Shown one piece after another: positions 10,101 to 19,393 of a DNA stretch of 64,000 bases. Each line of letters begins with the position of its first letter. Positions within the stretch are counted from its first letter, which is position 1. The DNA lies in contig CP070701.1 in the NCBI GenBank assembly GCA_020349885.1, forward strand, positions 1,270,512 to 1,334,511, read 5' to 3'. The stretch is from Acidobacteriota bacterium (GTDB lineage: Bacteria; Acidobacteriota; G020349885). The position numbers were made by a program, and so were the translations under genes. The notes beneath the pieces are model-generated. The model was given only the letters and a program-made list of their open reading frames with translations. It was not told the DNA's origin and searched no databases.

Positions 10101-10426
10101 GGAAGCGCAAGGGCAGGATGCGCACGCTCGCCGACCTCAAGGACGCCATCCACCACGGCGCCGTCCAGCGCGTGCGCCCCAAGGTCATGACCGTGGCGAC
10201 GACGTTCACGGGCCTCCTGCCGCTGATGTGGAGCACGGGCACGGGCGCGGACCTGATGAAGCGCATCGCCGCGCCGATGGTGGGCGGCCTCTTTACTTCG
10301 TTCCTCATGGAACTCGCCGTGTATCCCGCCGTTTACCTTTTATGGAAGTGGCACGGCGAGGTCAAGCATAGCCCGCGTTCTCCGGCGGAGGACGGCAAGG
10401 GAGCCCCCGCCTTGGACGGCGATTAA
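7109..10426 (+). CDS. cusA: CusA/CzcA family heavy-metal efflux RND transporter
   Basis: 1105 aa with the 12-TM RND architecture. N-terminus MIERVIEFCARNRFIVI and conserved blocks are typical of the HME-RND family. Confidence 0.92.
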   Translation: MIERVIEFCARNRFIVILCVAAAAVYAAWSLEQIPLDAIPDLSDTQVIVYSKWPGRSPDIMEDQVTYPLVTALLGAPRVKDIRGFSDFGFSYVYVLFEDGTDIYWARSRVLEYLSKIIPSLPEGVQTELGPDATGVGWVFEYALVDRSGTNDLSELRSFQDWYLRYYLQGVEGVAEVATFGGFVRQYQVTIDPNLLLAHNLSVTDVGRRIRASNNEVGGRLLEFAGTEYMVRGRGYIQSIEDLEQIVIRANPQGVPLLLRDIARVQLGPDIRRGVADLDGEGDVVGGIIVMRYGENALTVIERVEARIEELREQKAFPEGVELVVTYDRSELIKKSIATLTRTLEHEMIVVAVVIFLFLLHAPSSFVPVLTLPVAVLLSFIPMLWMGVGSNIMSLGGIAVAIGAMVDAAIVLVENTHKKIEAWRAEGGGKGDYREVIIEAAKEVGRPAFFALLVIAVAFIPIFALEEQEGRLFKPLAYTKNLAMLMAAILAVTLSPAVLLAVTRLKRFAFRPRFLAAVANAVVVGKIWSEEKHPVSRLLHRLYEPVVNFVLRWPKVVILLAALAVLCTVPAYLQLGKEFMPPLNEGSILYMPTTLPGISVTEAMQILQTQDKIFRGFPEVERVFGKIGRADTSTDPAPFAMVETTVLLKPPNEWRKKERWYSSWAPEWAQAALRPVWPDRISWDDLVNELDRAMRFPGWTNAWTMPIKARIDMLTTGVRTPVGIKIMGSDLEELERIGEQVEAALHDVPGTRSVFAERVAGGYFFDFDPRREELARYGLTIDDVHDVVMGAIGGQNVTTTIEGRERYPVNIRYPRELRDDLARLERVLVNTPSGANVPLAQLADLRYTTGPGMIRNENGMLASYVYVDLDMAKRDVGSYVADAKRAVNERVDLPEGYFLRWSGQYESMERVREKLLLVVPITLFIIFMLLFFNTRSVAKTLIVLLAIPFSAIGAIWLLYALGYNLSIGVWVGLIALLGLDAETGVFMLVYLDLAYDERKRKGRMRTLADLKDAIHHGAVQRVRPKVMTVATTFTGLLPLMWSTGTGADLMKRIAAPMVGGLFTSFLMELAVYPAVYLLWKWHGEVKHSPRSPAEDGKGAPALDGD

Positions 10427-10464
10427 TGGACAGCCATTCACTCAATAAGGAAGGAGAAACGAAC

Positions 10465-10977
10465 ATGAAGCTGCGAACCAAACTCACCGTGGCGGTGCTC
10501 GCGCTGGGGGTTGCCGCACTGGGGCTGGCGCTGACCGTCTCTTGCGCCTCCGCCCAGGAGGAGGCAAAGGCCGCGGACGAAAAGCCGCAGGCAAAGGACT
10601 ACCCGCTCGACACGTGTGTCGTAAGCGGCAAGAAGCTCGGCTCGATGGGCGAGCCCGTGGACTACGACCACGACGGCCGCCTCGTGCGCTTCTGCTGCAA
10701 GGGCTGCATCAAGAGGTTCCAGGCGGAGCCCGAGGAATATCTCAAAAAGCTCGACGCGGCCTCCTTCGCCAAGCAGAAAGAGGACTACCCGCTCGACACG
10801 TGTGTCGTAAGCGGCATGAAGCTCGGCTCGATGGGCGAGCCCGTGGACTACGTCCACGACGACCGCCTCGTGCGCTTCTGCTGCAGCGGCTGCATCGGGG
10901 GATTCCGCAAGAACCCGGAAGAATTCCTCGAAAAAATAGACGCAGCGGCCAAGGCGAAGGCGGAGGAGAAAAAGTAG
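10465..10977 (+). CDS. periplasmic protein with two tandem YHS/TRASH-like Cys domains (putative metal binding)
   Basis: RBS AAGGAAGGAG before ATG 10465 and a signal peptide. Two 62-aa repeats: YPLDTCVVSG.KLGSMGEPVDY.HD.RLVRFCC.GCI..F...PEE(Y/F)L.K(L/I)DAA. Confidence 0.6.
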   Translation: MKLRTKLTVAVLALGVAALGLALTVSCASAQEEAKAADEKPQAKDYPLDTCVVSGKKLGSMGEPVDYDHDGRLVRFCCKGCIKRFQAEPEEYLKKLDAASFAKQKEDYPLDTCVVSGMKLGSMGEPVDYVHDDRLVRFCCSGCIGGFRKNPEEFLEKIDAAAKAKAEEKK

Positions 10978-11029
10978 AGCGGAGCTTCCGGCGGTTTCGG
11001 GGAACCCTCGCGGCGTGCGGGGATTATCC

Positions 11030-11683
11030 CTACGCGCCGCGGCGCTCGCCCCAGAGAATCTTGTGGAGCTGCGGCTGGAAGCGCACCGGAAGGCGGTCCT
11101 CAAGAATCCATTCGGCCAGCACCGCGGGCGCCATCCGTCCCCAGACGGGCGCGAAGAGCACGGGGCAGCGCTCCGCGAGGCGCAGGGCCCGCGTCTTGGC
11201 GCGCGCCCACTCGTAATCGCCGCGGTCGGCGATGACGAATTTGACCTCGTCCCTTTCTCCAAGGAGCTCCAGGTTGGCGTAAACGTTTCGCTCGCACTCG
11301 CCGCTTGAGGGGCATTTGAGGTCCACGATTTTAATGACCTCGCGCGGAAGCGGCGAAACGTCGCGCGCCCCGCTCGTCTCGACCATCACGTCGTAGCCCT
11401 CGCTCAGGAGGCGGCGCATCAGCGGCACCATCGCGCGGTGCTGGAGCATGGGCTCGCCACCCGTGAACTCCACGAGGCGGCACGGGTGGCGGCGCACCTC
11501 GCCGTGCACGTCGGCCAGGGTCATCTGCCGGCCTTCGTAGAAGGCGTATTCCGTGTCGCACCAGACGCAGCGGAGGTCGCAGCCCGTCAGGCGCACGAAG
11601 ACGCACGGCCGGCCGGCGCGCGTGGTTTCGCCCTGGAGGCTGAAAAAAATTTCGTTGATCCGAAGCCGGAGTGGTTTTGCCAT
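11030..11683 (-). CDS. queE: 7-carboxy-7-deazaguanine synthase (radical SAM)
   Basis: INEIFFSLQGET..., radical-SAM cluster CDLRCVWCDT, length ~217 aa. Confidence 0.88.
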   Translation of the reverse strand: MAKPLRLRINEIFFSLQGETTRAGRPCVFVRLTGCDLRCVWCDTEYAFYEGRQMTLADVHGEVRRHPCRLVEFTGGEPMLQHRAMVPLMRRLLSEGYDVMVETSGARDVSPLPREVIKIVDLKCPSSGECERNVYANLELLGERDEVKFVIADRGDYEWARAKTRALRLAERCPVLFAPVWGRMAPAVLAEWILEDRLPVRFQPQLHKILWGERRGA

Positions 11684-11864
11684 CAGGAATTTCTTTTCGC
11701 GAACAAGCGCTTCCCTCTCCAGTGTAATGTTTCATGAACGGCTTGACAAACCCGTGCCCCCTCCGGTCTTTTGGAAACCCGGAGCTTTGATTTTTCGTCC
11801 GTGCCTGCGCTATCCTAAGACAGAAGCGATGCATCGCAGCACGCATCCCCTTTGGTGAGCACTC

Positions 11865-13025
11865 ATGAAACGCGTCTACCTCGACCATAACGCCACGTGT
11901 CCCGTCGACCCGCGCGTCCGCGACGCCGTCGCGCCGTTCCTCGAGGGTGACTTCGGGAACCCCTCGAGCGTCCACCGCTTCGGCCAGGCCGTGAGGGCCG
12001 CGGTGGAGCGGGCGCGCGAGCAGGTGGCGCGGCTTCTGAACGCCGACGTGGACGAGATCGTCTTCACGAGCGGCGGCACCGAGTCGGACAACCTGGCGCT
12101 CCACGGCGCCGTGCGCGCCCTGCGCCAAAAGGCGGAGCGCCCCCACGTCATCACGAGCGCCATCGAGCATCCCGCCGTCGCGGACACGGCCGAGGCGCTC
12201 AAGGACACAGGTTGCGACGTCACTTACCTTCCCGTGACGCGGGAAGGCCTCGTGACCCCGGATGTCCTGCGCCAGGCCCTTCGCAAGGAGACGGTGCTCG
12301 TGAGCGTGATGCTCACAAACAACGAGATAGGCGTCATCGAGCCCGTCGAGGAGCTCGTGCCCGTCGCGCACGACGCCGGCGCGCTCTTTCACTGCGACGC
12401 CGTGCAGGCCGTGGGAAAGATTCCCGTGGACGTCAGGGCGCTCGGCGCGGATCTGGTTTCCGTCTCGGGGCACAAGTTCTACGCCCTGAAGGGCGCGGGC
12501 GCGCTCTACGTCAAGCGCGACACCCCAATGGAGTGCTTCGTCACGGGCGGCCACCAGGAGGAGGGCCGCCGCGGCGGCACGGAGAACGTCGTGGGCATCG
12601 TGGGCATGGGGCGCGCTGCGGAGCTCGCCCGGACGGAATTCCTTCAGGCCGCGCCGCATGTGGCGGCCCTGCGCGACAAGCTGGAGAAAGGCATCCTCGA
12701 AAAAATCCCGAACGTGCAGGTGAACGGCTCGCGCGAGCGCCGCGTCTCGAACACCCTAAACGTCTCGTTCAAGGGCGTGGACGGCGAGGCCGTGCTCATC
12801 AGCCTGGACCTGAAAGGCGTCGCGGTCTCGACGGGCTCCGCGTGCTCCTCGGGCTCGGTCGATCCCTCGCCCGTGCTCGAATCCCTCGGCATCTCCAAGG
12901 AGGACAACAAGGCGAGCATCCGCTTCAGCCTCGGCGTCGGCACCACCGAGGAGGATATCGAGTACGTGCTGAAGGTGCTTCCCAGCGTGGTGAAGGAAAT
13001 TAGGAAAATCTCGATGGTGGCGTGA
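11865..13025 (+). CDS. nifS: cysteine desulfurase (NifS/IscS class)
   Basis: YLDHNATCP, TSGGTESDN, PLP-lysine motif SVSGHKFY, active-site loop STGSACSSGS. Confidence 0.88.
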   Translation: MKRVYLDHNATCPVDPRVRDAVAPFLEGDFGNPSSVHRFGQAVRAAVERAREQVARLLNADVDEIVFTSGGTESDNLALHGAVRALRQKAERPHVITSAIEHPAVADTAEALKDTGCDVTYLPVTREGLVTPDVLRQALRKETVLVSVMLTNNEIGVIEPVEELVPVAHDAGALFHCDAVQAVGKIPVDVRALGADLVSVSGHKFYALKGAGALYVKRDTPMECFVTGGHQEEGRRGGTENVVGIVGMGRAAELARTEFLQAAPHVAALRDKLEKGILEKIPNVQVNGSRERRVSNTLNVSFKGVDGEAVLISLDLKGVAVSTGSACSSGSVDPSPVLESLGISKEDNKASIRFSLGVGTTEEDIEYVLKVLPSVVKEIRKISMVA

Positions 13026-13088
13026 GGCGATGATTGTGCTGAAGCGCAACATTGCTCTCTTTCTACTTTCCATACAGAACGGTCTGCA

Positions 13089-13652
13089 ATGAGCGGAACA
13101 ATCCCGCATTTTAACTATAGAAACGCCATTCAGGAAGACGGACGGCTACATTTAAAAGAAAGGTTCTTCTTAAGGCTTGGAAGTCTTTTATTGATTGGAT
13201 TTTCTCTCTTCATGCTGTGGGTAACATGGATGTTTTTTCAAGGAAAGAGCTTTGAGGCAGGTGGGCCGATTATGGCACTATCACAATATGATTGGCGTTG
13301 GTGGCTATGGGTTTTTCTTTGGTTTCTTATGATAGCAGTAGGATTCTTTGCCTTTGCGAACCACAGAGTGTTCACTATAGACCGCAAAGAAGAAATTGTC
13401 TTCCTGGGCCGCCGACTTGCTTTTAATCAACAGATTCACTTCGAAAACATAGAGAAAGTGTGGGTCTCAAGCACGTTGGCTGGGAGTTACAATCGGCTGC
13501 TGTGGGCTGTCGCCATCCATACGGGAAAACAAGAGATCTCTATTGACACCTTCTATAATCTTGAAGACGCCAAGAAATTTGCAAAATTGATTGCAAGATA
13601 TCTTAGCAAACCAGTTGAATCCGAAGAAAACAGCGAATCGGCAGATACCTAA
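13089..13652 (+). CDS. hypothetical membrane protein on a short AT-richer segment
   Basis: Long ORF with two Trp-rich TM helices (LLLIGFSLFMLWVTWMFF, WWLWVFLWFLMIAVGFFAF). Composition is clearly AT-richer than the flanks. I recognise no family. Confidence 0.55.
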   Translation: MSGTIPHFNYRNAIQEDGRLHLKERFFLRLGSLLLIGFSLFMLWVTWMFFQGKSFEAGGPIMALSQYDWRWWLWVFLWFLMIAVGFFAFANHRVFTIDRKEEIVFLGRRLAFNQQIHFENIEKVWVSSTLAGSYNRLLWAVAIHTGKQEISIDTFYNLEDAKKFAKLIARYLSKPVESEENSESADT

Positions 13653-13700
13653 TTTAGAATCCCTGCCGTCTTGGTGTTACCCCTCCCCTTTCCTCTTCCC

Positions 13701-15116
13701 CTAGTGCTTCATCAGCTCTTCCGACAGCTTCTCGTGCTCGGGCGTGGGCTCGAGAAGATACGCGTAGGGTTTGAGGAGAATCTCCAGGGAGGACTCTTCC
13801 ACGACGAGTAGCGTGTCGTCCCACCCCTCGACGCGGGCGTAGACGCGGCCATCCTCCGGGCCGCGCCCGAAGGACGCGGACTCGGAGCGCTCGTCGCTTC
13901 CGGCTCGCAATTGGAGAAACGGCTCGTCGAGGCCGAGGGGCGCCTCGTCCTCGGGCACGGGGGAAAACCCCGACGCCCTCAAGTGGGTGATTGTCGAAAT
14001 AACGTCGTCGGCCTGCATGCGGTCGGGGTCTTTCTCGCCCTCGGGCTCGAGAACGCGCCACGTCCAGTCCTCTTTCGCGAGGACGTAGGAGCCTTCGGGA
14101 TTCTTCACCTCCACGCGGGAAACTTCCCACTTGGGGAGCGTGAAGAGGCGCTTGCGGCGCAGCGCGTCGAAGGAAACGTCGAGTTTTTCCCAGCTCGGGC
14201 TTTCGATTTCCAGGAGCGCCTGGTCCCAGTCGCGCAGCGCGTAGAGCTTGTCGTCCTCCTTGCCAAACAAGACGTCCGTCGTACGCTCGCCCTCACCGCG
14301 TTTTTCGACGAGCTCGACGTCGAGGTACGGCGCGCCCAGGCCGTGGGCCCTGCGTTCGGTGCCCGCGGCATGCTCGGAGACGACGGAAGACGCGCTCATG
14401 TGTTCGAGGGCGTAGAGGAAATCGTCCACGGCCTCCTTTTCGGCGGGCGATGCCTGCGGCTCCACGAGGCGCCACGCGTTGTCGCGCTTTTCGAGCGCGA
14501 GCGATTCCTCCGGGCGGCGCACGGCCATGCGCAGGAGGTGCATGGCGTCGAAGTTAACGGCGCGGCGGTCGCGGAAGTGAAAAGTATCCTTCAGGAGGGA
14601 TTCTTTTACGGACCGGTCGATGAGAAAAACGCCGCCCTGGTGGTCGGCGCGTGCGTAGGCGGCGGCCTCCACTGGCGCGTCAGCACCGACGCTGAGCCCC
14701 AGGCTCCGCCCGTCGCGCATCTCGATCTCCACGCGCACCTCGGGGTTCGCGAGCCCGAATTGCGCGAAGTCCACGGACTCCAGGTCGTGCTGCTTGCGCA
14801 GGTCCTCGAGTTCGCGCAGGAGGTCCTCGACGCGCACCTTGTCGGCGTAGGTTTCGAGAGGATTCTTCAAGCGCCACTCCCAGAGTTTATCCCTGGCTTC
14901 GGGTGCCTCCGCGTCGAGCCGCTCGAATTCCAAAGATTCTCCCTCAAGGCGCTTCAGGGCGACGCGGGCGACGTCGTCGCGCACGAGCGAGAAGACGCTC
15001 TTCTCCTCCTTCTCGCGCTCCTTCTTTGCCTTCTGCCCGGGGAACTCCACGAGGAAGAGGTAGGCCACGAGGCCCGCGAGAATCAGGATGGCTACGAGCG
15101 CGCCGCGGAATTTCAT
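13701..15116 (-). CDS. DUF4340-like membrane-anchored protein
   Basis: N-terminal TM (MKFRGALVAILILAGLVAYLF), then repeated beta-rich modules with the W.L..P pattern typical of DUF4340 (from recall). Start at ATG 15116. Confidence 0.55.
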   Translation of the reverse strand: MKFRGALVAILILAGLVAYLFLVEFPGQKAKKEREKEEKSVFSLVRDDVARVALKRLEGESLEFERLDAEAPEARDKLWEWRLKNPLETYADKVRVEDLLRELEDLRKQHDLESVDFAQFGLANPEVRVEIEMRDGRSLGLSVGADAPVEAAAYARADHQGGVFLIDRSVKESLLKDTFHFRDRRAVNFDAMHLLRMAVRRPEESLALEKRDNAWRLVEPQASPAEKEAVDDFLYALEHMSASSVVSEHAAGTERRAHGLGAPYLDVELVEKRGEGERTTDVLFGKEDDKLYALRDWDQALLEIESPSWEKLDVSFDALRRKRLFTLPKWEVSRVEVKNPEGSYVLAKEDWTWRVLEPEGEKDPDRMQADDVISTITHLRASGFSPVPEDEAPLGLDEPFLQLRAGSDERSESASFGRGPEDGRVYARVEGWDDTLLVVEESSLEILLKPYAYLLEPTPEHEKLSEELMKH

Positions 15117-15218
15117 GAGGCTTCCATTATATAACACGCCCCGGCCCCGCAGGGTTCCACGGCACGGAAGCGATGGAGCGGGCCTCGACGCCGAGCGGGG
15201 AGGGCCGGAAGTCGCGGA

Positions 15219-16256
15219 TTAATCCGAAGAAGGAAATAGGGCGGGGGTAGTCTCTCCGCCCGAATCGCCGTCACTCACCGCCATCTCGTCCATGGCCTTC
15301 ATCTGAAGCAACAGGGCGCGCAGCTGGCCCACGGATTGCTGGCACTCCTGGTGGGCGTTCTGGATCATAGTGAGGCCGCGCGCCATGTGCCCCTCGAGCC
15401 GTTCGCTCAGTCCTTCCGTGAGCACGGCGAAGCGTTCGACGGACTGGTGGAGGCGATCGAGGTCGAGGCGGGTCTGAAACCGCCGCTGCATCTGCATAAG
15501 AGTCAGAAGATAGGGAAGCAGCATGCTGTAGGAAACCACGAACACCCCTTGGCGCGACGCCTCGTAGTGGGAGCGACGTGTCTCGACATGGCGGCTGTCG
15601 GGAAGGGCCAATATCGCGTAGCTTTCCGTCACGTTCGTGTCGATGTATTGCTGCACGTCCCGGACCGCTTTATCAAAATTCTCATTCATCTTGGAATCAA
15701 GAGGCACGAACTTTCCGTTGGGAAGTTTAATGGCAAACTCGACGGGCTTGTTCTTGATCACGAGATTGGTGCGCACCATATCGGTGGGAAGCGCACCCAG
15801 AATGTCCGCCACGAGGTTCTCCCCCGCTTCTCCCTTGCTCTGACTTCCAAGAAGCTTGGCCTCGAGTTTTCCGACGGCTTCGGCGATGCGCTGTTCCTCC
15901 TGAAGGCGCGCCTCATAATCGGCCTTCATCTTGACGATGAGCGTCTGGGTTTCTCCTATCTGCTTCTGGACTTTCTCCTGCGCCTTAATATCTTGCTCCG
16001 AAAAAGAGGAGATCTTGTGAAGCTCTCCCGAATGCGCCTCTGCCTTTGTATAGATAAATTTCGTCCGCTCCTCCAACGCGGCGATCGCTTTCGTCTGGTC
16101 CCCGATTACACGCTGAATGTTCTGAAGCAGGTTGTCGACGGTTCCCCAACGATCTTCCCCGCCCGTCGCCGACGCGGTTTGTTTGCCCCGTCCCAGCCAC
16201 CAGGCAACGGGAAGCGCGAGAACAAGGAGAACAATCGCGACGATCCACCCGGTCAT
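15219..16256 (-). CDS. rmuC: DNA recombination protein RmuC-like
   Basis: N-terminal TM, long coiled coil, then a nuclease-like core: SKGEAGENLVADIL, VEFAIKLPNGKFVPLDSK, VFVVSYSMLLPYLLTL. This parallels E. coli RmuC blocks. Confidence 0.6.
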   Translation of the reverse strand: MTGWIVAIVLLVLALPVAWWLGRGKQTASATGGEDRWGTVDNLLQNIQRVIGDQTKAIAALEERTKFIYTKAEAHSGELHKISSFSEQDIKAQEKVQKQIGETQTLIVKMKADYEARLQEEQRIAEAVGKLEAKLLGSQSKGEAGENLVADILGALPTDMVRTNLVIKNKPVEFAIKLPNGKFVPLDSKMNENFDKAVRDVQQYIDTNVTESYAILALPDSRHVETRRSHYEASRQGVFVVSYSMLLPYLLTLMQMQRRFQTRLDLDRLHQSVERFAVLTEGLSERLEGHMARGLTMIQNAHQECQQSVGQLRALLLQMKAMDEMAVSDGDSGGETTPALFPSSD

Positions 16257-16260
16257 GCGC

Positions 16261-17796
16261 TCACTCCCACTCGATCGTAGCGGGCGGCTTCGTCGTCACG
16301 TCGTAGGCGACGCGGTTGACTCCCTTCACCTCGTTCACGATGCGCGTGGCGACGCGGTTCAAGAGCGCGTCGGGCAGGCGCGCCCAGTCGGCCGTCATGA
16401 AGTCCTCGGTGGTGACGGCCCGGAGCGCCACGACGTTCTCGTAGCTGCGCCCGTCGCCCATCACGCCCACGCTCCTGACGGGAAGCAGCACGGCGAAGGC
16501 CTGCGCCGTGCCGCGGTAGTGCCCCTCGGCGCGGAGCTCCGAGATGAAAATGTCGTCGGCCCGCTGAAGCACGGCGACGTGCTCCGGCGTCACCTCGCCC
16601 AGGATGCGCACGGCGAGCCCGGGGCCGGGAAAGGGATGGCGCCAGATAATTTCTTCCGAAAGGCCGAGCTCGAGCCCCGCGCGCCGCACCTCGTCCTTGA
16701 AGAGGAACCGGAGCGGCTCGACGAGCTCGAACGGAAGCACCTCGGGGAGGCCGCCCACGTTGTGGTGCGTCTTGATGACCGCCGAGGGCCCCTTCACCGA
16801 CGTGCTCTCGATGACGTCGGGATAGAGCGTTCCCTGCGCCAGGAATTTCGCGTCCTTGAATTTCCTGGCCTCCTCCGCGAATATCTCGATGAAGAGGCCG
16901 CCGATGATCCGGCGTTTTTCCTCCGGGTCCTCGACGCCGCTCAGGGCGGCGAAGAAGCGCTCGCCCGCGTCCACGCGGTGCACCTTCAAGCGCAGCTTTT
17001 CCGCGAAAGTCTCCATGACGACGTCGCCCTCGTCGAGGCGCAGAAGGCCCGTGTCCACGAAGATGCACTGCAGCTGGTCGCCCACGGCCCGGTGGATGAG
17101 CGTCGCCGCGACGGACGAGTCGACGCCGCCCGAGAGGCCGCACACCACGGCGCCGCCGCCGACTTTTTTCCGGATCGCCTCGACCGCCTCCTCGATGAAC
17201 CGCGCGCTCGTCCAGCCGCCCCGGAATCCGCAAATTTCATAAAGGAAATTCCGGAGCATCGGCTTTCCTTGCGGCGTGTGCGAGACCTCGGGGTGGAACT
17301 GGATGCAGACCATCTTTTTATCCGGATGCTCGACGGCCGCGAAGGGGGAGTTGTCCGACGCGGCGATGCTTTGAAACCCCTCGGGTAGCGCCTCGACGCG
17401 GTCACCGTGGCTCATCCAGACTTTTCCTTTCTCCGAAAGACCCCGGAAGAAAATGCTCTCGTGCTGCGGAGAAATCTCCGCGTGGCCGTACTCGCGCTTT
17501 GCGGACGCCGCGACCTTCCCCCCGAGCGCCCGGCACATCCAATGCATCCCATAGCAGATGCCGAGTACGGGAATGCCGAGCTCCAGAATTCCAGGGTCGC
17601 CCTGGGGAGCGCCCCTGTCGTAGACGCTCTGGGGACCGCCCGAGAGAATCAGCCCCTTCGGAGCAAGGCGCTTGATCTCGTCCACCGGGACGGAAAAGGG
17701 AAGAATTTCGGAATAGACGTTCAGCTCCCGGACGCGCCGCGCGATGAGCTGCGTGTACTGGGAGCCGAAGTCGAGAACGAGGAGACTTTCTTGCAT
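16261..17796 (-). CDS. guaA: GMP synthase (glutamine-hydrolysing)
   Basis: GATase domain [22 protein letters not shown]-PPase SGGVDSSV, C-terminal PPATIEWE. Confidence 0.95.
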   Translation of the reverse strand: MQESLLVLDFGSQYTQLIARRVRELNVYSEILPFSVPVDEIKRLAPKGLILSGGPQSVYDRGAPQGDPGILELGIPVLGICYGMHWMCRALGGKVAASAKREYGHAEISPQHESIFFRGLSEKGKVWMSHGDRVEALPEGFQSIAASDNSPFAAVEHPDKKMVCIQFHPEVSHTPQGKPMLRNFLYEICGFRGGWTSARFIEEAVEAIRKKVGGGAVVCGLSGGVDSSVAATLIHRAVGDQLQCIFVDTGLLRLDEGDVVMETFAEKLRLKVHRVDAGERFFAALSGVEDPEEKRRIIGGLFIEIFAEEARKFKDAKFLAQGTLYPDVIESTSVKGPSAVIKTHHNVGGLPEVLPFELVEPLRFLFKDEVRRAGLELGLSEEIIWRHPFPGPGLAVRILGEVTPEHVAVLQRADDIFISELRAEGHYRGTAQAFAVLLPVRSVGVMGDGRSYENVVALRAVTTEDFMTADWARLPDALLNRVATRIVNEVKGVNRVAYDVTTKPPATIEWE

Positions 17797-17819
17797 TTAA
17801 GCAGCCACTGGCTACTTAC

Positions 17820-18365
17820 CTAGACTTTCCCCGGGTGCCGGTTCCTCCACGGGCTCTCCCACTCGGGGTCGCGCCATGGAAAATCCTTGCGCTCGGGATG
17901 TCCCTCGAAGCCCTCCCACGTCAGAATGCGCCGCAGGTCGGGGTGCCCCTCGAACACGACGCCCATCGTGTCGTAGACCTCGCGCTCGAACCAGTCCGCG
18001 CCCTTCCAGATGGGCGCAAGCGACAGCGCTTTGCAGTCGTCCTCCGGCACGGGCACGCGCAGGATGATTTGCGTGTTCTTCACGGTGGAGTAGAGCACGT
18101 AGACCACGGTGAAGCGCGGCGTTCCCTCCTCCGGCCGGTAACTCTTGTGCTTGAGATAGTCCACGGCCGTCACCTCGGCGCAGTAGTCGTAGCCCTCGGC
18201 ATGGAGCGCCTTCGCGACCTCGAAGACATGCTCCCTTGCCACCTCGGCGAACACGTCGCCCTGCGGCGAGGCGTACACTTGGGCCTTATCCGCGAAGCGT
18301 TCCTTCAGGAGTGAGACGTCCCAGCGGTCGGGGGGGGTGACGGCTTTTACAGAAGAATCTTTCAT
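17820..18365 (-). CDS. nuoC: NADH-quinone oxidoreductase subunit C-like protein (orphan)
   Basis: RFTVVYVLYS...IWKGADWFEREVYDTMGVVFEGHPDLRRIL...GHPERKDFP. Start MKDSS at ATG 18365 overlaps the methyltransferase stop (ATGA). Confidence 0.8.
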   Translation of the reverse strand: MKDSSVKAVTPPDRWDVSLLKERFADKAQVYASPQGDVFAEVAREHVFEVAKALHAEGYDYCAEVTAVDYLKHKSYRPEEGTPRFTVVYVLYSTVKNTQIILRVPVPEDDCKALSLAPIWKGADWFEREVYDTMGVVFEGHPDLRRILTWEGFEGHPERKDFPWRDPEWESPWRNRHPGKV

Positions 18366-19216
18366 ATTGCTACGCCTCCGTAATTGTGTTGTAGGGAAGC
18401 ACCGAGCTTCAGGGGTTCTTGAAATCTTTCTCTTATGCCTTCCACGTAGTTTCCGTTGATTTCGATCATTATAAAATTCCGTCCCAGCGCCTGAGCGACA
18501 TACCCCGTGGTACCGACGCCGGCCACGGGGTCCAGCACGACGTCTCCTTCCTTTGTCGAAGTTAGGATCACCCTTCGGAGCAATTCCGCGGGCTTCTGCG
18601 TGGAGTGGAGTTTTTCTCCGTTTTCGCCCTTCAGCCTCTCCCTGCCGTTGCAAACGGGAAGCGTCCACACGTTCGCGCCGACCTTGCCCACGCCGAATTC
18701 CTTGGCCGACTTCTTGTCGAACGTGTATTTCTTCGCCTTCTTGTCCGTCACGGCCCAGATGAGCGTTTCCGTGGCGTTCGTGAATCGGACGCCCAGCCAG
18801 TTGGGCATGGGGTTCGTCTTGAGCCAGATTACGTCGTTCAGTATCCAGTAGCCCAGGTCCTGCATGATCCGACCGATGCGGAATATGCTGTGGTAGGTGG
18901 CGATGATCCAGAGGGTCGCGTTGGGCTTCATGACGCGCTTGGTTTCATGGAGAAGACTTCGGATGAAGCGGTCGTACTCCCCGAACGAGTCGAACTTGTC
19001 CCATGCATCGTCCACCCCGTCCACGTGCGTTTTGACGCTCCATCTTTTCAGCGTCTTCTTGGGAAGCTGCAAAAAGTACGGCGGGTCCAGGAAGGCCATA
19101 TCCACCGACTCCCCGGGCAGTTTCTTGAGCACTCCGAGGGCGTCGCCCAGGATGACCTTGTTGAGCGCCGCGTCCAGGGAATAGCTCTTTTTCTTGGGGC
19201 TGTCCGCGACCACCAT
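18362..19216 (-). CDS. CcrM-like beta-class N6-adenine DNA methyltransferase
   Basis: DPPY motif (MAFLDPPYFLQL), DDAWDKFDSFGEYD, NPMPNW, TQKPAELL, LDPVAGVGTTG. Collinear with Caulobacter CcrM as I recall it. Start at ATG 19216, not the Arg-rich upstream extension. Confidence 0.85.
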   Translation of the reverse strand: MVVADSPKKKSYSLDAALNKVILGDALGVLKKLPGESVDMAFLDPPYFLQLPKKTLKRWSVKTHVDGVDDAWDKFDSFGEYDRFIRSLLHETKRVMKPNATLWIIATYHSIFRIGRIMQDLGYWILNDVIWLKTNPMPNWLGVRFTNATETLIWAVTDKKAKKYTFDKKSAKEFGVGKVGANVWTLPVCNGRERLKGENGEKLHSTQKPAELLRRVILTSTKEGDVVLDPVAGVGTTGYVAQALGRNFIMIEINGNYVEGIRERFQEPLKLGASLQHNYGGVAI

Positions 19217-19393
19217 GCCTTGATTCTTTCGGGACTTGCCCCGATGCACGCATCGGGGCTTGCCGCCGGGGAGGAGGCGTGGCCGTGGGCGCGGCCTACG
19301 CGTTCGCCGCCGGCCCTTGCTTGATGCCGTGCCTTGTGAGGTCATCCAGATATTTTACCATCAAACCGCTCGTTTTGCCCGGCCGGGCGGCGG

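Noticed and set aside
19238-19259. Perfect 9-bp stem hairpin GCCCCGATG-CACG-CATCGGGGC between dtd and the methyltransferase gene, considered as a terminator.
   Set aside because: No U-run follows it on either strand, and it lies just upstream of the methyltransferase start. Its function cannot be assigned from sequence alone.
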